Source: Octopus vulgaris
Lineage: Eukaryota
Assembly (NCBI GenBank): GCA_951406725.2
Contig: OX597817.1
Coordinates: 144,336,001 to 144,400,000 of the forward strand
Direction of reading: 5' to 3'
Length of the DNA: 64,000 nt
Made by a program: the position numbers and the translations under genes
Notes under the pieces: generated by a model
What the model was told of the DNA's origin: nothing
Databases searched by the model: none
The model's input: only the letters and a program-made list of their open reading frames with translations
Part shown: in pieces, positions 12,016-25,851 of the stretch
Layout: each line of letters opens with the position of its first letter
Numbering within the stretch: position 1 is the first letter of the stretch

Positions 12016-12279
12016 TTAGTCGTGCATAAATAGTCAATGGCGGGTATATTAATGACATGAGTGATGGTGAAAGAATTCAAGTTATATTTGTTTTAGAAAA
12101 TATAAATAAATACGATTGATGAGCGTCTAAAAATCTTTCCTGCACATTGTGCAGTTATGTTTACAATCTGATATGCTTAAATCCATGGCGTGGCAGCTCC
12201 CTTTGTGTTTTATCGGACTAAAAAGTTACCGCACATTCTTATTTATCTCTTACTAATAAACTGGTTGGAATATTTTGAA

Positions 12280-14727
12280 TGATATTAATATCCATGGTAA
12301 AAAAAAAAAATTGTGAACCTGAAATCCTTAGAATTGAATCAATTGAATCAAGACACTCTGACTTCACTTTTATGGAACCTAAGAACAACGTTGCACACAA
12401 ATCCATTATTAGACAAATAACCTCATTAAAAGGGATATTTGTGTTTTCAGCAAACATTTTCTTGATAAAATTGTATCAACACTTAAAGATAATTCTCCTC
12501 TACAGTTATGGGGTAACATCCAAGCTCTTGTGCAATGTTTCGTGTCCTTCTCTCTCCCCCGCTCTCGCTTACTCGTTATCTCTCTCTCTCTCTCTCACAA
12601 CAAACCAAACCTCAAAGTTTTATAATTCGGTGTCACGAATTACTTTTCCTCACTCTCAGAACAAATACCATCAGAAATTCTTCATTTTCTGAAGCTATTA
12701 ACCAACACCAAAGAAATACCCAGAAATTAATGTCATTCTCCAAGATCGTAAGGCACGTCGGGCGAAATGCTTAGCGGTATTTCGTCTGCCGTTATGTTCT
12801 GAGTTCAAATTCCGCCGAGGTCGACTTTGCTTTTCATCCTTTCGGGGTCGATAAATTAAGTACCAGTTACGCACTAGGGTCGATGTAATCGACCAAATCC
12901 CTTTGTCTGTCCTTGTTTGTCCCCTTTACGTTTAGCCCCTTGTGGGCAGTAAAGAAAGATATATGTCTTATCCAAATTAAAATCTAAATTCTTGCATAGA
13001 GAATAAAACACACAAAGAAAGGATGGTCTTCTATCATTATGGAAGTTAACATCTCAACAAACGGAAGGGTACAGAACAAGACTTGAATGTCGTTTTTTAA
13101 AGACTTAGGGCTGCTAATTACTAGAGACATACACCCATGAGTGCCCTGGATATTACTTTAAACACTTTTTATACTCCTTAAAGAAACCTAATGGTACACT
13201 ACACCAAATATGCAAACCCTGGAACCAATGTTTTATTGAAACTATCTAATCTCTTCGAAAAATCAATGTACTTATTAATTATGCTCTCAGTACATACAAT
13301 ATATAGAAAATAAAGGCCAATTTATAATAACAGCGAAAAAGAAATACAATATGGTTTACTCTGCCATGTTATCTTGCTGCAGTCTCACTAGTCTTAGAAA
13401 TATTTTATAATAAATTGAATAAACATTTTCATCTCATAAACTTTATGTTAAAACATTAAATTCTATTATAAAAAAATCTCGCACAAAATTTAAGTACCCT
13501 AATTAATCCAAAGTAAAATGGACTATCATTAATTCAGCTTTAGTTACAATTGTATCAGCACAAATTTTCCCAAATTTTCACCATAATGTAATGACAAAAT
13601 TCAAGATATAACATACCGAGCTACTGCAGAAATTAACTTAACAATGCCTGTGAATCTCTTCAAATTACGATACCACTTACATTCATACACTTTTGGTAAT
13701 CAGGACAAATGCAACGACACGTCATTTTAAAATTTTATATGAAACCTAAAACTGGAAACTATTAATTAGAACTTGAAATAGAGGGCATTCTATTCCATTA
13801 AATCTTATATTAGCAATAGAATAAGCGTACCAAATTATATACACCAGAGAGATTTTATATCTTTGCAAAACTACCACTCTGAACGTATTTCCTTTTGATT
13901 GCATAACGCATTTAAAATCAAATCATTGTTCTCTCCTAAAGGATAGATATACACATCACTTCCTACTAGTGACAACAAGTGAAATTTCACACTTACGCAT
14001 TTGATATTTTATATAGGTTTTTCTTTTTTTGTGCCGAAAAGACCTAAACTCACAATATCTTCGCACTAAGCTGCATTATAGTTCTAAATATGAATGCGTT
14101 TTTCCCTACTCTACAACCCAGAGCAGTTAAAGTTACTATATATGTCTCATGTCACTTTCCCGTTCAGTTAATATCAGGCACCAAATTCTCAATTTTTCAT
14201 TACTATTCCTAGGAAACTAATAACCAGCGTACACTGTGTGTCATTGTTCTAAACTACATTATAATTATAAATTTCAACATTTTTAGCATTTCTTCCTTTC
14301 TGACCTTCCACCTATAACGCTAATATTTATTACATACGCCATACCACTTTCTTCACGCTTAACATTACAGGCTTATGTACCATGTTTCGGATTATTCCTA
14401 AGACACCGTTAATCACCTCCCAATCACCGACTCTTACACCAGAATCAAATATTGATATCTAAATTTTAGTTCAACGAGCCAGTCTTCATAATACAGTAAA
14501 TCATATGTTTAGCTTTATCTACACCCACTGCAACAAACTTCTATCACAGTTCAACTATAATCTTCTCTTTTTCACGCTATCTGCACTAAATATACCTTTG
14601 ACCAAATTTTAAATACGCGCGAACTTCTTCCTTATAACCATGGGAGACATGGTATTCAGGACACACTCAGTAATCCGTATAAACACATAGATTTGTCTCA
14701 TGCTGTTCACACACACAAATGCACACA

Positions 14728-14783
<56 letters not shown>

Positions 14784-15300
14784 AATAACTACATACTTAT
14801 ATAGCTACGTGTATATATGTATATATAATGTATGAATGCATGCATGCATGTATGCATACATAGATGCATGCATACATACACATACACGTCGACACCACTC
14901 TAATATAATTAGATACATAACGGCATAAATATTATCTCATCATTTGTTGAACATCAAGATAACTTATATTTAACTATAATTATATTACCAACTAACGTTT
15001 TTTTTTTCTTCTTACAAACACAACTTTAAGTTTCTAATACTACTCTCCTCCAGCATTTCTATGTGAGATCTCTTAATTATCACTTACAATATTAATGGTC
15101 TCATTCAGCCAGAAAACATCAATATAAGTATAGATATATTTTTACGAACTACCGTTCCCATATTCACTTCATTTATTTTAAATTATGTTTTGACAACAAT
15201 ACATTTCTCTGATTACTTCTTCTTTACAATATTAAAATTACACAACATAACACATATATCTCATTACAACAAAAAAATAATAATAACTGGACTCACCTCG
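12280..15300 (+). mobile_element. Possible ancient, heavily decayed L1-like LINE (ORF1 region plus start of an APE domain)
   Basis: Long A/C-rich, G-poor strand-skewed stretch; LLIITYNINGL near 15073 resembles an APE N-terminus; no long ORF. Confidence 0.3.
12745..12958 (+). mobile_element. Nin/Deu SINE
   Basis: Body and tail match. Confidence 0.88.
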
Positions 15301-15609
15301 ACGTAATTGATGTGCGTATCTATGTACATAACATTATAAATTTCGCATAACTATTAATAGTTTATTGAATTTCTCTTCAAATAATAATATTTTATTATAC
15401 ATTTATATTTTCAACAGTTAAATAACAATACACTTCGATACATCTCGGACTAAATTATCCCTGCATGGTGTTTTAAAAACAGATACAAAGGCAGCTTGGA
15501 TTCTCTGAATTTAAACTTGGCAAGATATAGCCGTTGCTACAAAGAGTCGGAAAAAGATTTTCAGATTTTTTAAATATTGCCTAGTTAGAAGTACATCAAG
15601 GCCCATGGG

Positions 15610-15750
<141 letters not shown>

Positions 15751-15762
15751 CTACATATATAC

Positions 15763-15796
<34 letters not shown>

Positions 15797-16007
15797 ATAC
15801 CGAGGTGGAAATCCAAGCCGCGCAAGCATGTGTAGGTATGAACATGCGCGCTTACGCGAATACTATGAACTCTTTACCTCCTTACTTTTACCCCGTTTCC
15901 TCATTTAGCGGTCATTCTAATAACTTTTTTGTCTTAATAACGGTCAATCACACAGTAATTTCCCTTTGTATAACGGTCATTTTTCATAGCATTTTTTCCG
16001 ATGGCCA

Positions 16008-16068
16008 GATAACTGAAGAGATGGCGGCGTGGATTTCCACCTCGGCATCCGAAACTCGGAGTTTTATC
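16008..16068 (+). ncRNA. Minimal type I hammerhead ribozyme-like motif
   Basis: Stem I GATAA/TTATC, CTGAAGA core, stem II GATG...CATC, GAAA, stem III CTC-G-GAG, GTT cleavage triplet. Confidence 0.6.
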
Positions 16069-16166
16069 ATGGCTACCGAATAATTGTCACATATTACATT
16101 TACAGATAAATTCCTCTACATAATATCGAGGTCTCTTTCATTCTTTTGTTGTCTTACCGTTTTTAT

Positions 16167-16200
<34 letters not shown>

Positions 16201-16478
16201 CTCCCAGCGTTCACTCTTTTCCTCTCGTTCTGGTCTAAGGACCCTCCATAAATCCTAAATTTTATTTTAGAATTTATAGGATCAACTGTCTTTGAAGACA
16301 CATGCTGTCGTTGAATGTTCGAAATGAGGAGGAGTAGGTAGACAGCCGAAAATTGATGAAGGGTCGTTCTTTGTGTAACTTGTTCTGTTTTCCTTTTCTT
16401 TTTCTCTCATTGTTTGTGTATTTAACTTGTTTCTTTACGTATTTCATGTTGTTTACACAGTTGGTGACGTCCTGTACC

Positions 16479-16523
<45 letters not shown>

Positions 16524-16663
16524 CCGAAATCTGCGATGAGGAATCAGTTTCTGACTGAAGAACGAAGGCTTTGAATGACCCGTTGTCTGTTATGTTCGTC
16601 CCTACGTGTATTTCACGTTATTTATTTATGTAAAGGTTTATTATATATATATATATATATAGG

Positions 16664-16707
<44 letters not shown>

Positions 16708-17501
16708 CTTTTTGAAACCAATTATCACTTGTGGATGATCTGTTCATTAATCATGTCGTTGCTCCTTTGCTTATTTTGAACCCTAATGAGTTGGGATTTG
16801 TATACCATATTACGTAATCTTGGGACTGTTCTGTATATTGCATAATTGACAGTACCATGTTTGCGTCACAATAACGGCTCTTACCGAAACCAAGCAATCG
16901 TAACGATACCAGATAACCCATTCGTTCATTTATACACACACACAAACACTCACACACACATCTATAAATAGAAACATTATCCATTGTGTAAACAGACTCG
17001 TAAGATAGACTTACAAGCATGTCTTACTCTGAAAAAATTATACTGCAGTTTAACCACTAATTCACTTTTAAAAACTGTGACAACGCAGTAATTTCATACC
17101 ACTTCAAGTCTATAGCATTACATGCATATCTACAAATCTTTCGACGATTTCTTCTCTGTTTTTTTCTATTGCTACTCAATAAACACCTCAGATATTACAG
17201 TTTCCATACTTACTCAAATATTTAAATCTTGTGGTTCCCCGCAACCAAAGCGTTTTCGAACATTTGTCAGTTACCCAATTCCTGCATTAATCTCGTACAG
17301 AGCGCAGTTTCAAATATATTTAGTTACAATGTTTTTATTGGTCTTCCAGTGACTACATTTTAACTAATCAAGAATTTAAATAACAGTTATTTAGTTTTTG
17401 TTTTAATTATCGATCGATTACAATAATTCCATTCTCCATTTTTATTAATTTTTTTTTGCTTCATCGCTCAATCAACTAAATCACATAACTTACCCTTCAC
17501 A

Positions 17502-17566
<65 letters not shown>

Positions 17567-17808
17567 CCTGGTATATAATGCGAGATATTTCAGAGATACA
17601 CCTAATGCGAAATTTTCAGATAGCATTATGGTCGGGTATAAAAATTATATCATTGATTTTTAGATATATAACGTGGTGGTCACATTATATTCGTAATTTT
17701 GTGCCTGAGTAAATACAGCTTAACATATTTACTATTTAAATAAGATGAAATTGATTCTTATATACGTTAAATGTTTGTATGAGCATGTGAGCGTGTATGC
17801 TTGTGTGC

Positions 17809-17911
<103 letters not shown>

Positions 17912-17999
17912 TATATGTATACACACACATACACACACACACACACACACACATATATATGAATGCATACATGTGAGTTTGGTCATGAGTGTGTATGTA

Positions 18000-18894
18000 T
18001 AGGGTGAGTGTAAAGTAAGTTGGCATTAAAAATTGGTAATAAAATCCATATTCCTTTTACAAATTTATTGAAACAAATGTTATACGTTCTTTATTACATG
18101 GGAAAATCAAAGCAAATCTTCATATTTCAACGTAGCACCAGTGGCGTCAACCAATTTCCTCAAACGGCCAAGGATGGAATGAATAACCTTCTGAAGGACG
18201 TCGTCTGGGATATCGTTGAGAACCTTCTGATGCCATGTCTAGTTTTGTCTTGTACACTTCCTCTTTTGTGTAATCCCGCTGGTAAAAAATCACGTGGAGT
18301 GAGATCTAGACTTCTTGGAGTTTTGGATTTCTGAACTTCTGCGGTCACAGTCTTGAAGTTTTAGCTCCTGCATGTAGTGGGATTTCCACGGACGAAAATT
18401 CAATTCTCTATGCAACACCGTACGTATTGTGTGTCTTGTTAGTCCACTTCCACGAGTTGCTTCACGTGTTGATTTTTGCGGGCTGCGATAAAATATTTCC
18501 TGCACTGTTGCCACGTTCTCTGCTGATCGGGATGTGGTTGGACGGCCACTTTTTCTTGCACCTTTCATAGAGCCCGTCCGTGGTCGTCAGCTTTGCATGA
18601 CGGCATTTCATTGTTTCCGGACGTAGAATTACATGCTTACCTTTCCATGCACGTCACCATCTCTGAACCAAAACAATGGAATTCCACACTTCATAGATTT
18701 CTGCTATCTTAGCTCGCACCTGAACAGTCAAGCAACCGACCATCTGGAAAATAAGAAATAAGACAAAAAGACAATAAAAATAAAAGAAATCTCCATTGGT
18801 GCTGTATGTTTAAAAAATGATTTTGTCATGACTTCAGTGATACTAAAAAGTCTATAAGCAATTTCTAATGTCTAGTTACTTTCCACTCACCCTG
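18000..18894 (-). mobile_element. Tc1/mariner transposon, internally deleted
   Basis: ~37-bp TIRs (T/C)AGGGTGAGTG(T/G)AAAGTAA.. flanked by TA; transposase remnants SGRPTTSRSAENV..RSPQKS.R and PRSLDLTPRDF. Confidence 0.9.
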
Positions 18895-19283
18895 TATGTA
18901 TTTCATTTTTTATCACACCTTTTAAGACTTAACATGTTTCATTTTCGAACTCAACCTTTGCTTCATATTTTAAGCTTTAATTTTAATTTTCATCTTTTAA
19001 TCTTCTACCTTTCAATGTAAGTCAAACTTTTATACAGATTTTTTATTTTTTTTTTTTTTAATATTATTTTCAAAGTTTTTATTTCTAACTTATTTCTTAT
19101 TTTTATTTTAAATTTATATTTTTAAGATCATTGAATTGATAACTCAGGAACTTAAGTCCTGAATGTCAGTTTCCGTATCTGTATCCTTTATTAAATATAG
19201 TCCTCTAATCCCAACGATTTTGAAGTATACCTCGTTTGTTGTCACACATATTTTGTCCATGATATATATATGTATACACATAT

Positions 19284-19990
19284 ATAGCATTAAAGTCCCC
19301 TAATACCACTAATGTCTTCGACGTCACGAGAAAGCCCTCTAGGCGCCGATAAAAATCAGTTTGAAAACATCTAGCACAAGGTGCATAGAGTCCGATCAAC
19401 CTGAAGGCCTTACTGCTGTATGTCACATCAAGGACGACCAGCCCACCTTCAGGGTCCACATACACTGTACTTGTCTGCAGAGCCAAGCCTTTACGGATCA
19501 GTACCACTACACCCCCTCGCCATCCGGTCTGGCCAGGAGACATGATTTTCTCGTAGCCATTCAGGAGAGGCGAGAAGGTTTGTAGACTGTTCAGCTTGGT
19601 CTCTGTAGCAACCATCACATGTATATCATGTGATCTGCGGTCGTCGAGGAAACAAGCCTGCTTCCACTTCGAACACAGACCACGCACATTTAAACAACCA
19701 AGGTTAAGAGACACCGTTACAAAAAGTAAAAGTTCTACTTAGATTTCTTTGGAGATTTTGGGGCTGACCTCACCATACGTGGATCTGTCCCCTTCTTCTC
19801 TTCTCTCTTCACATAGTTTGGCAAGTCCACAATTTTCCATAAGGCATTCGGGTGCCTGTTCCTTAATTATAGGGTAAATGTTTTTTTATTTTTCATTCCC
19901 TTTCAGAATTGCAACTATTAGTGGCTTGGAGTTTTAACTGCTCTTTCTACTGAGTCAGATGTCCTATTATGGTCATCTCTTATGTGTTTA
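19284..19990 (-). mobile_element. L1/Tx1 LINE: inverted segment (ORF1 end plus ORF2 APE endonuclease N-terminus)
   Basis: ORF 19205-19714: LNLGCLNVRGL..ATETK..GGV..FRLIGLYAP..VVLGDFNA. Confidence 0.88.
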
Positions 19991-20001
19991 AATGTACACT
20001 G

Positions 20002-20031
<30 letters not shown>

Positions 20032-20037
<6 letters not shown>

Positions 20038-21575
20038 GGGACTTTAATGTTATCGTTGACGTACACATCGATAGTGTTGGCTCGATCCATAGAAAAGTAA
20101 ACTCACGTCTCGTTGATCTGCTTAAGCGGTTTCAGCTGGCAGATCGTTACAGACTCGACCATCCGAACGTCTCAGAGTAGACCTGGATGAGCGGCGACAG
20201 AAGGTTCAAGTCTATCTAGATAGGATAGTGATAAGAACTAGAGATAAGTCTAGTTTTAGTTGTCCACAGCTTGTCCAGGTGTCCTATACTGACCATACTG
20301 TGGTGGTTCGCCCTCAAAAGAGCCATTCGATTCGAGTCCATTAGGTTTAGTAAGCAACTAAGACTAAACAGGGATAGAATAGAATGGCAATTAGTTAAGA
20401 ACTTAGAGGAGACGTTGAGGTTGGGCTCTGCATCTCACATTTTGGTGGCGAGAACGGCATTAGACCGTCACCTCAAAACTAATCATGAGGGGTGTAGAGT
20501 TCGAGCTAAAGTGCGAGCATTGGGCCGTGAGGGAATTAATGTTGCCGGATGGGCCCGTACGATAGAAACCCAGCGTGGCAACGATGCCACAATTAGGTCT
20601 CTAGTTGACGAAAACGGATGCACGATCAAGGAGCGGGACGAGATGTGTGAGCTACTTCACAAGCACTTCGCCGAGTTGTTCGGGAGGTGCGGGACGCTGG
20701 ATCATGTTGAGGCCCTTAAGGACTTCCTGTCTGGTGGCCCGCGTCTCTCGGCACGAGAGGCTGAGTGCTGTGAGGGGCCAATCACAGCCGAGGAAGTAAT
20801 CAAGGTGTTGGGAGAAGTCGCCGGGTCTCGATTGTCTGCCCTATGAGTTTTATAAAAGTATGCCAGACCTGTTCTGGCACCTGCTGGCTAGCGTCGTCGC
20901 CAATTGGCAGCAGAATGGGAGAATTCCCAAGCCTGCGAGCCGGGAGTGGTGGCATTGATCAGGAAGGACCCGAACAAGGAGGACGAGATACGGAACTTCA
21001 GGCCCATAACTCTGCTGCACACAGCGTTAAAGATTTTGGCCAAGGTGCTAGCGAAAAGGTTGGCTCGGGTCGTAGACAAACTTGTCGGGGAAGCGCAAAC
21101 ATGCGCTATCCCGGGCAGGACGATACACGACAATCTCCACCTTGTACGCTACTCCTTAGAGAGGGTAGGGAAGCTTTCTGGCGCAGGGGGTGCACTGGTA
21201 CATTTAGACCAGTCTAATGCATTTGATAGGGTCGACCATCGGTACTTGGCGGCGGTCCTCGGGGAGGCTGGCCTGGGCCCGACCTTTCGAGGTTGGATCG
21301 CTGCTTTTTATAGCGACATCGAGTCTGTCGTCAAGGTGAACGGTTTTTTTCGAAGCCGTTCAGGATCGGGCGTTCAGTTCGTCAGGGCTGTCCCCTGTCC
21401 CCGCTTCTATATGTGTTGGCTCTTGAACCTTTGCTGCGGAAATTGGAGGCACTAGGGGGCGCACCGCATAATCTATGGTATGCAAGAGGAGCTACGGCGT
21501 ACACGGATGACATCTCCATCATCGTGGCAGATGAAGACCAGCTTCCAGTGGTGGAAGAGGCCATCAAAAGCTACA
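20032..21575 (+). mobile_element. L1/Tx1 LINE ORF2 (rest of APE plus RT), frameshifted and 3'-truncated
   Basis: LGDFN..SYLDR; NFRPITLL..KILAKVLA.RL..IHDNL..LDQSNAFDRVDH; GCPLSP; AYTDD. Confidence 0.92.
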
Positions 21576-23363
21576 AGTTGTTTAGCTCCGTCTTAGAGAA
21601 AAAAGTCGACTTCAGGGTGAGCGATTTTGTTTTTTCTGAGCTAAATAGAATTATTGTCTTATTTTTATTACAGTATATTCTGCCCTGCTCTGGGGGCAAT
21701 TTCGCTTACTCTTGGCGGTGAAAAGTGTGTGTGGCTTGATGCTGGTGAGCTTGTTTGAACAGCCAGAAAAGCAAGCCGTAATTTTTTGAAGTAAATTGTT
21801 GATTTTCTACAGTGGAGAAAAATTGAAGAATTATTGTTAGCTTTCAAACCAACTAAGAGGTTTCGAAAATTATGGATTTGAAGAAGATATTAATTTTTTT
21901 TTTCTTAGTTACAAGCAAAGAACTGGATTTTACCATCAAATTGAGAGCTGCAAAGGAGCCGGGATCGAATAAGGCCGGAGTACCATTGTCGCCTGATTTT
22001 TTTTTTCTGCCTAGGACTATATGTTTTTATTTACTCTTTATGAACTGTTGTTTTTCGTTTTTCTTTCTTTTATGAACTATTTTTGGTATGAACTATTATT
22101 TTCGTTTCTTCCGCCTTTATTGAACAGTTTTCTCTATTTTCTTGTGTTTAGAATTTTTGTTTGTTGGTTATTTTATGTGGACATTTTAATATGAAAGAAA
22201 ATAAGGCCATCGCTTTGGAGTGGGAGATTGTCCCATCGGAATTCGGTCTGAATGGATAGAACAGACCATTCGTAGAGGTCTGGGCGGTAGCGGAACCAAG
22301 CTTCTCAGTGTCAGGGTGGAGGCCGCGACCGATTGGGTAGGGTCGAAAGCAGTTCTGACCCTTTGGACCCAGTCGGCCGGAGACCTAGTATTCCCTGATT
22401 TTTTGGTAATAGCCACAGGTATCCAGTTATTCTTAAGGGTCGCCCCCCCCCCCCCCCAAGTGTCACCTGTGCCTGGAACCAGGTCACATCAAAAAGAACT
22501 GCCCCCAGGGCCGAGGTAAGACCCTGGAGCAGAAGAAAAAAGAAAAGGTGCCCTCCGCCTCCACACCATTGGAAGGGAGGCGGCTGCCTCCCCGAAAAGG
22601 AAAAGGAAGGCGAGCAACAATGGTTGCTCACCAAAAGACATACAGGTTGCGGGAGAGGAGGCAGACCTCACGGATAAGCCGATAGAGGCCCTGACTACCG
22701 CAAGCCCAAAGAAGAGAAATAAAAGAAAAAGTAAAAATGGAAGACGGTCGGGGAGGTTGATGTGCCGCCAACAGATCCCAATGATCTGCCGGTGGGATGT
22801 GTGCCACCGGCAGAAAAGACTCCGTCAGTTGATATTGTGCCACTGACAGAGCAGGCTGTGGCCCCTCCCCGTAAGGAAGAGGTGGAACCCGTCATTTTCT
22901 ATCACAAGGGAGCGGCTGTCGAGAGATTCTTGAACAGGCTTCTCGACCGACAACGTTACGACTCGGTCTGCATTGACTGTCCAATTTGACCTCCGCAGAT
23001 GGCTGCGGAGGTCATAACACAAAGAGAACTTTTTGAGGTCATGGTGACCTTTGGAAAAGAAGAATTTTCTTTTCTCTTTCCGGGCTCCGACCTGCCGATG
23101 CCAGCTTTCCTGCAGGCGGCAGGGAACTTATGCGGGGCCTCGGATGAGAAAAAGGAAGATTAAGAAAAAATTTTGTAATTTTTGTGATTTTTTTTAGTAA
23201 AATTGAATAAAAGAACAGCGATTTCGAGGGGTTATCGGTCGGCGGGCGCCGGTGCCCCTCCCATTTTTGTTCATCATTATCATCCTCATCTCATTAATTT
23301 CTTTATCCAGCCAGCAGCTACATATCTGTGTACGGCTTTCATGGCCAATTTGATGAATAAAAG
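21575..23363 (+). mobile_element. Second L1/Tx1-related element carrying only a decayed gag-like ORF1 (HAL1-like)
   Basis: CX2CX4HX4C knuckle CHLCLEPGHIKKNC at 22461-22502, basic tracts, stop at ~23163, then ~200-nt 3' region with two AATAAA; no APE or RT follows. Confidence 0.6.
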
Positions 23364-23509
23364 TAGCTTGTTTTCGAACCACATGGTTCCGGGTTCAGTC
23401 CCACTGCGTGGCACTTTCGGCAAGTGTCTTCTACTATAGCCTCGGGCCGACCAAAGCCTTGTGAGTGGATTTGGTAGACGGAAACTGAAAGAAGCCCGTC
23501 GTATATATG

Positions 23510-23591
<82 letters not shown>

Positions 23592-23768
23592 AACATCGCT
23601 TGAAAACCGATGCTGGTGTGTTTACGTCCCCGTAACTTAACGGTTCAGCAAAAGAGACCGATAGAATAAGTACTAGGCTTACAAAGAATAAGTCCTGGGG
23701 TCGATTTGCTCGGACAAAAGCCGGTGCTCCAGCATGGCCACAGTCAAATGACTGAAACAAGTAAAACA
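23364..23768 (+). mobile_element. CORE-type SINE lacking its first ~20 nt
   Basis: Matches the 60851-61229 copy from AGTAGCTTG onward. Confidence 0.88.
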
Positions 23769-23819
<51 letters not shown>

Positions 23820-24147
23820 CACACATACAGAGAGAGAGAGAGAGACAATAAGGAAATGAGGGGAAACAAACAGCAAATAGAAGTGTGTGTTGTGCTTAAT
23901 TAAATAATGGCTTTTTAGCACAACAGACAGACTTCTATTTGTTGTTTTTCTTCCATTTTCTTATCGTATATATATATACATTAAACTACGGTTTACCTTT
24001 TTAAATTACCTGCTGCCGTATACCTTATACCAAGGACCATACTTACTGAGGTAATTACCAGGGGTGTCTCTTGATACTTCTATCCCTTAGAGGGTTTAAC
24101 ACCTCTAACTTATACCTTACGCGCGCGCGCACACACACACACACACA

Positions 24148-25221
24148 TTTATTTATAATGGTATTTATATAAGCTTAAAGCTTATGGTGATCACCGCGCA
24201 ATGACTAAGGAAATTAGTCTAATAAAGGGGCATATAAGCCCACAACAGAAAAAAGAAGGCTTTCCTTTTCGCGTGGGATACGAACCCACATCTCTTTGTT
24301 AACGCGACTAAGTGTGTATCCACACGGATAGGAAAGCCTTCTTTTTTTCTGTTGAGAGCTTATATGCCCCTTTATTAGACTCTTTTCTTCAGTCATAGTT
24401 CGGTGATCGCCATAAGCCTTAAGCTTATATAAATGCCATTATTATTATTTACAGGGTTGTAAAATACGACACCATATAACAAAACCATTCGCACCGAAAG
24501 CATATATAGAAAGTTTGTTTCCATAAAACAAATACAAACTAATATAGTTCTTAAATTTGGCAGAAGCAGGGTGGCTGATTCGATGGTATAAAGGCGGCGA
24601 GCTGGCAGAAACGTTAGCACGCCGGGCGAAATGCTTAGCGGTATTTCGTCTGTTGTTACGTTCTGAGTTCAAATTCCGCCGAGTGCGACTTTGCCTTTCA
24701 TCCTTTAGGGGTCGATAAATTAAGTACCAGTTACGCACTGGGGTCGCTGTAATCGACTTAATACCTATGTCTGTCCTTGTTTGTCCCCTCTATGTTTAGC
24801 CCCTTGTGGGTAGTAAAGAAATAGGTATTTCGTCTGCTGTTACGTTCTGAGTTCAAATTCCGCCGAGGTCGACTTTGCCTTTCATCCTTTCGGGATCGAT
24901 AAATTAAGTACCAGTTACGCACTGGGGTCGATGTAATCGACTTAATACCTATGTCTGTCCTTGTTTGTCCCCTCTGTGTTTAGCCCCTTGTGGGTAATAA
25001 AGAAATAGGTATAAAGGTAACACACTTAGTTGCATTAACAAAAGGATATGGGTTCTGTTCTACGCGGAAGGGAAAGCCTTGCATTTTCTTTCTGTCGAAG
25101 GCTTATATGCCCCATTATTAGACTATTTTCCTCAGTCATTGCACGGTTATCGCTTTAAGCTTATATAAATAACATTATTATTATTTACAGGATTATAAAA
25201 CACGGCACCGTATAACAAAAC

Positions 25222-25228
<7 letters not shown>
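24148..25228. mobile_element. tRNA-headed element in inverted plus partial-tandem (Penelope-like) arrangement
   Basis: 24150-24266 is inverted relative to 24331-24445; 24331-24492 recurs directly at 25071-25228; tRNA-like B-box GGGTTCGTATCCCAC on minus at 24274-24288. Confidence 0.65.
24592..25008 (+). mobile_element. Nin/Deu SINE dimer with TSD GGTATAAA(GG)
   Basis: TSD copies at 24585 and 25008. Confidence 0.9.
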
Positions 25229-25271
<43 letters not shown>

Positions 25272-25369
25272 CACTGTATTTATATAATATAGATATATAT
25301 ATATATACATACATATATATATATTTAATTTGTGTTTATATTTATATATATATATATTTATACTTTTAC

Positions 25370-25628
25370 GTGGAGGCGTGTGGCTTAGTGGTTAGGTTGT
25401 CAGCATCATGATCGTAAGATTATGGTTTCGATTCCTGGACCGGGCGACGCGTTGTGTTCTTGAGCAAAACACTTCATTTCACGTTGCTCCAGTCCACTCA
25501 GCTGGCAAAAATGAGTAACGCTGCGATGGACTGGCGCCCCGTCCAGCTGGGGAATACATACACCATTGAAACCGGGAAACCGGGCCTGTGAGCATGGCTA
25601 GCCTTTAAAAATGGCGCATTTATTATTT
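25370..25628 (+). mobile_element. tRNA-derived SINE with V-domain-like segment
   Basis: TGGCTTAGTGG / GGTTTCGATTCC head; CTGCGATGGACTGGCGCCCCGTCCAG V-like motif; (TTA) tail. Confidence 0.8.
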
Positions 25629-25743
25629 ATATACTTTTATAAATAGCGGAACTTTGTTGCTTCTGCTAAATATTAAGAAAATATACATATACTCATATTT
25701 TGAGTTCTGTTTTTCCTTTTTGCATCACCATACATGTATATAT

Positions 25744-25817
<74 letters not shown>

Positions 25818-25851
25818 TACACACACACACACATAACGTATACATACACAT

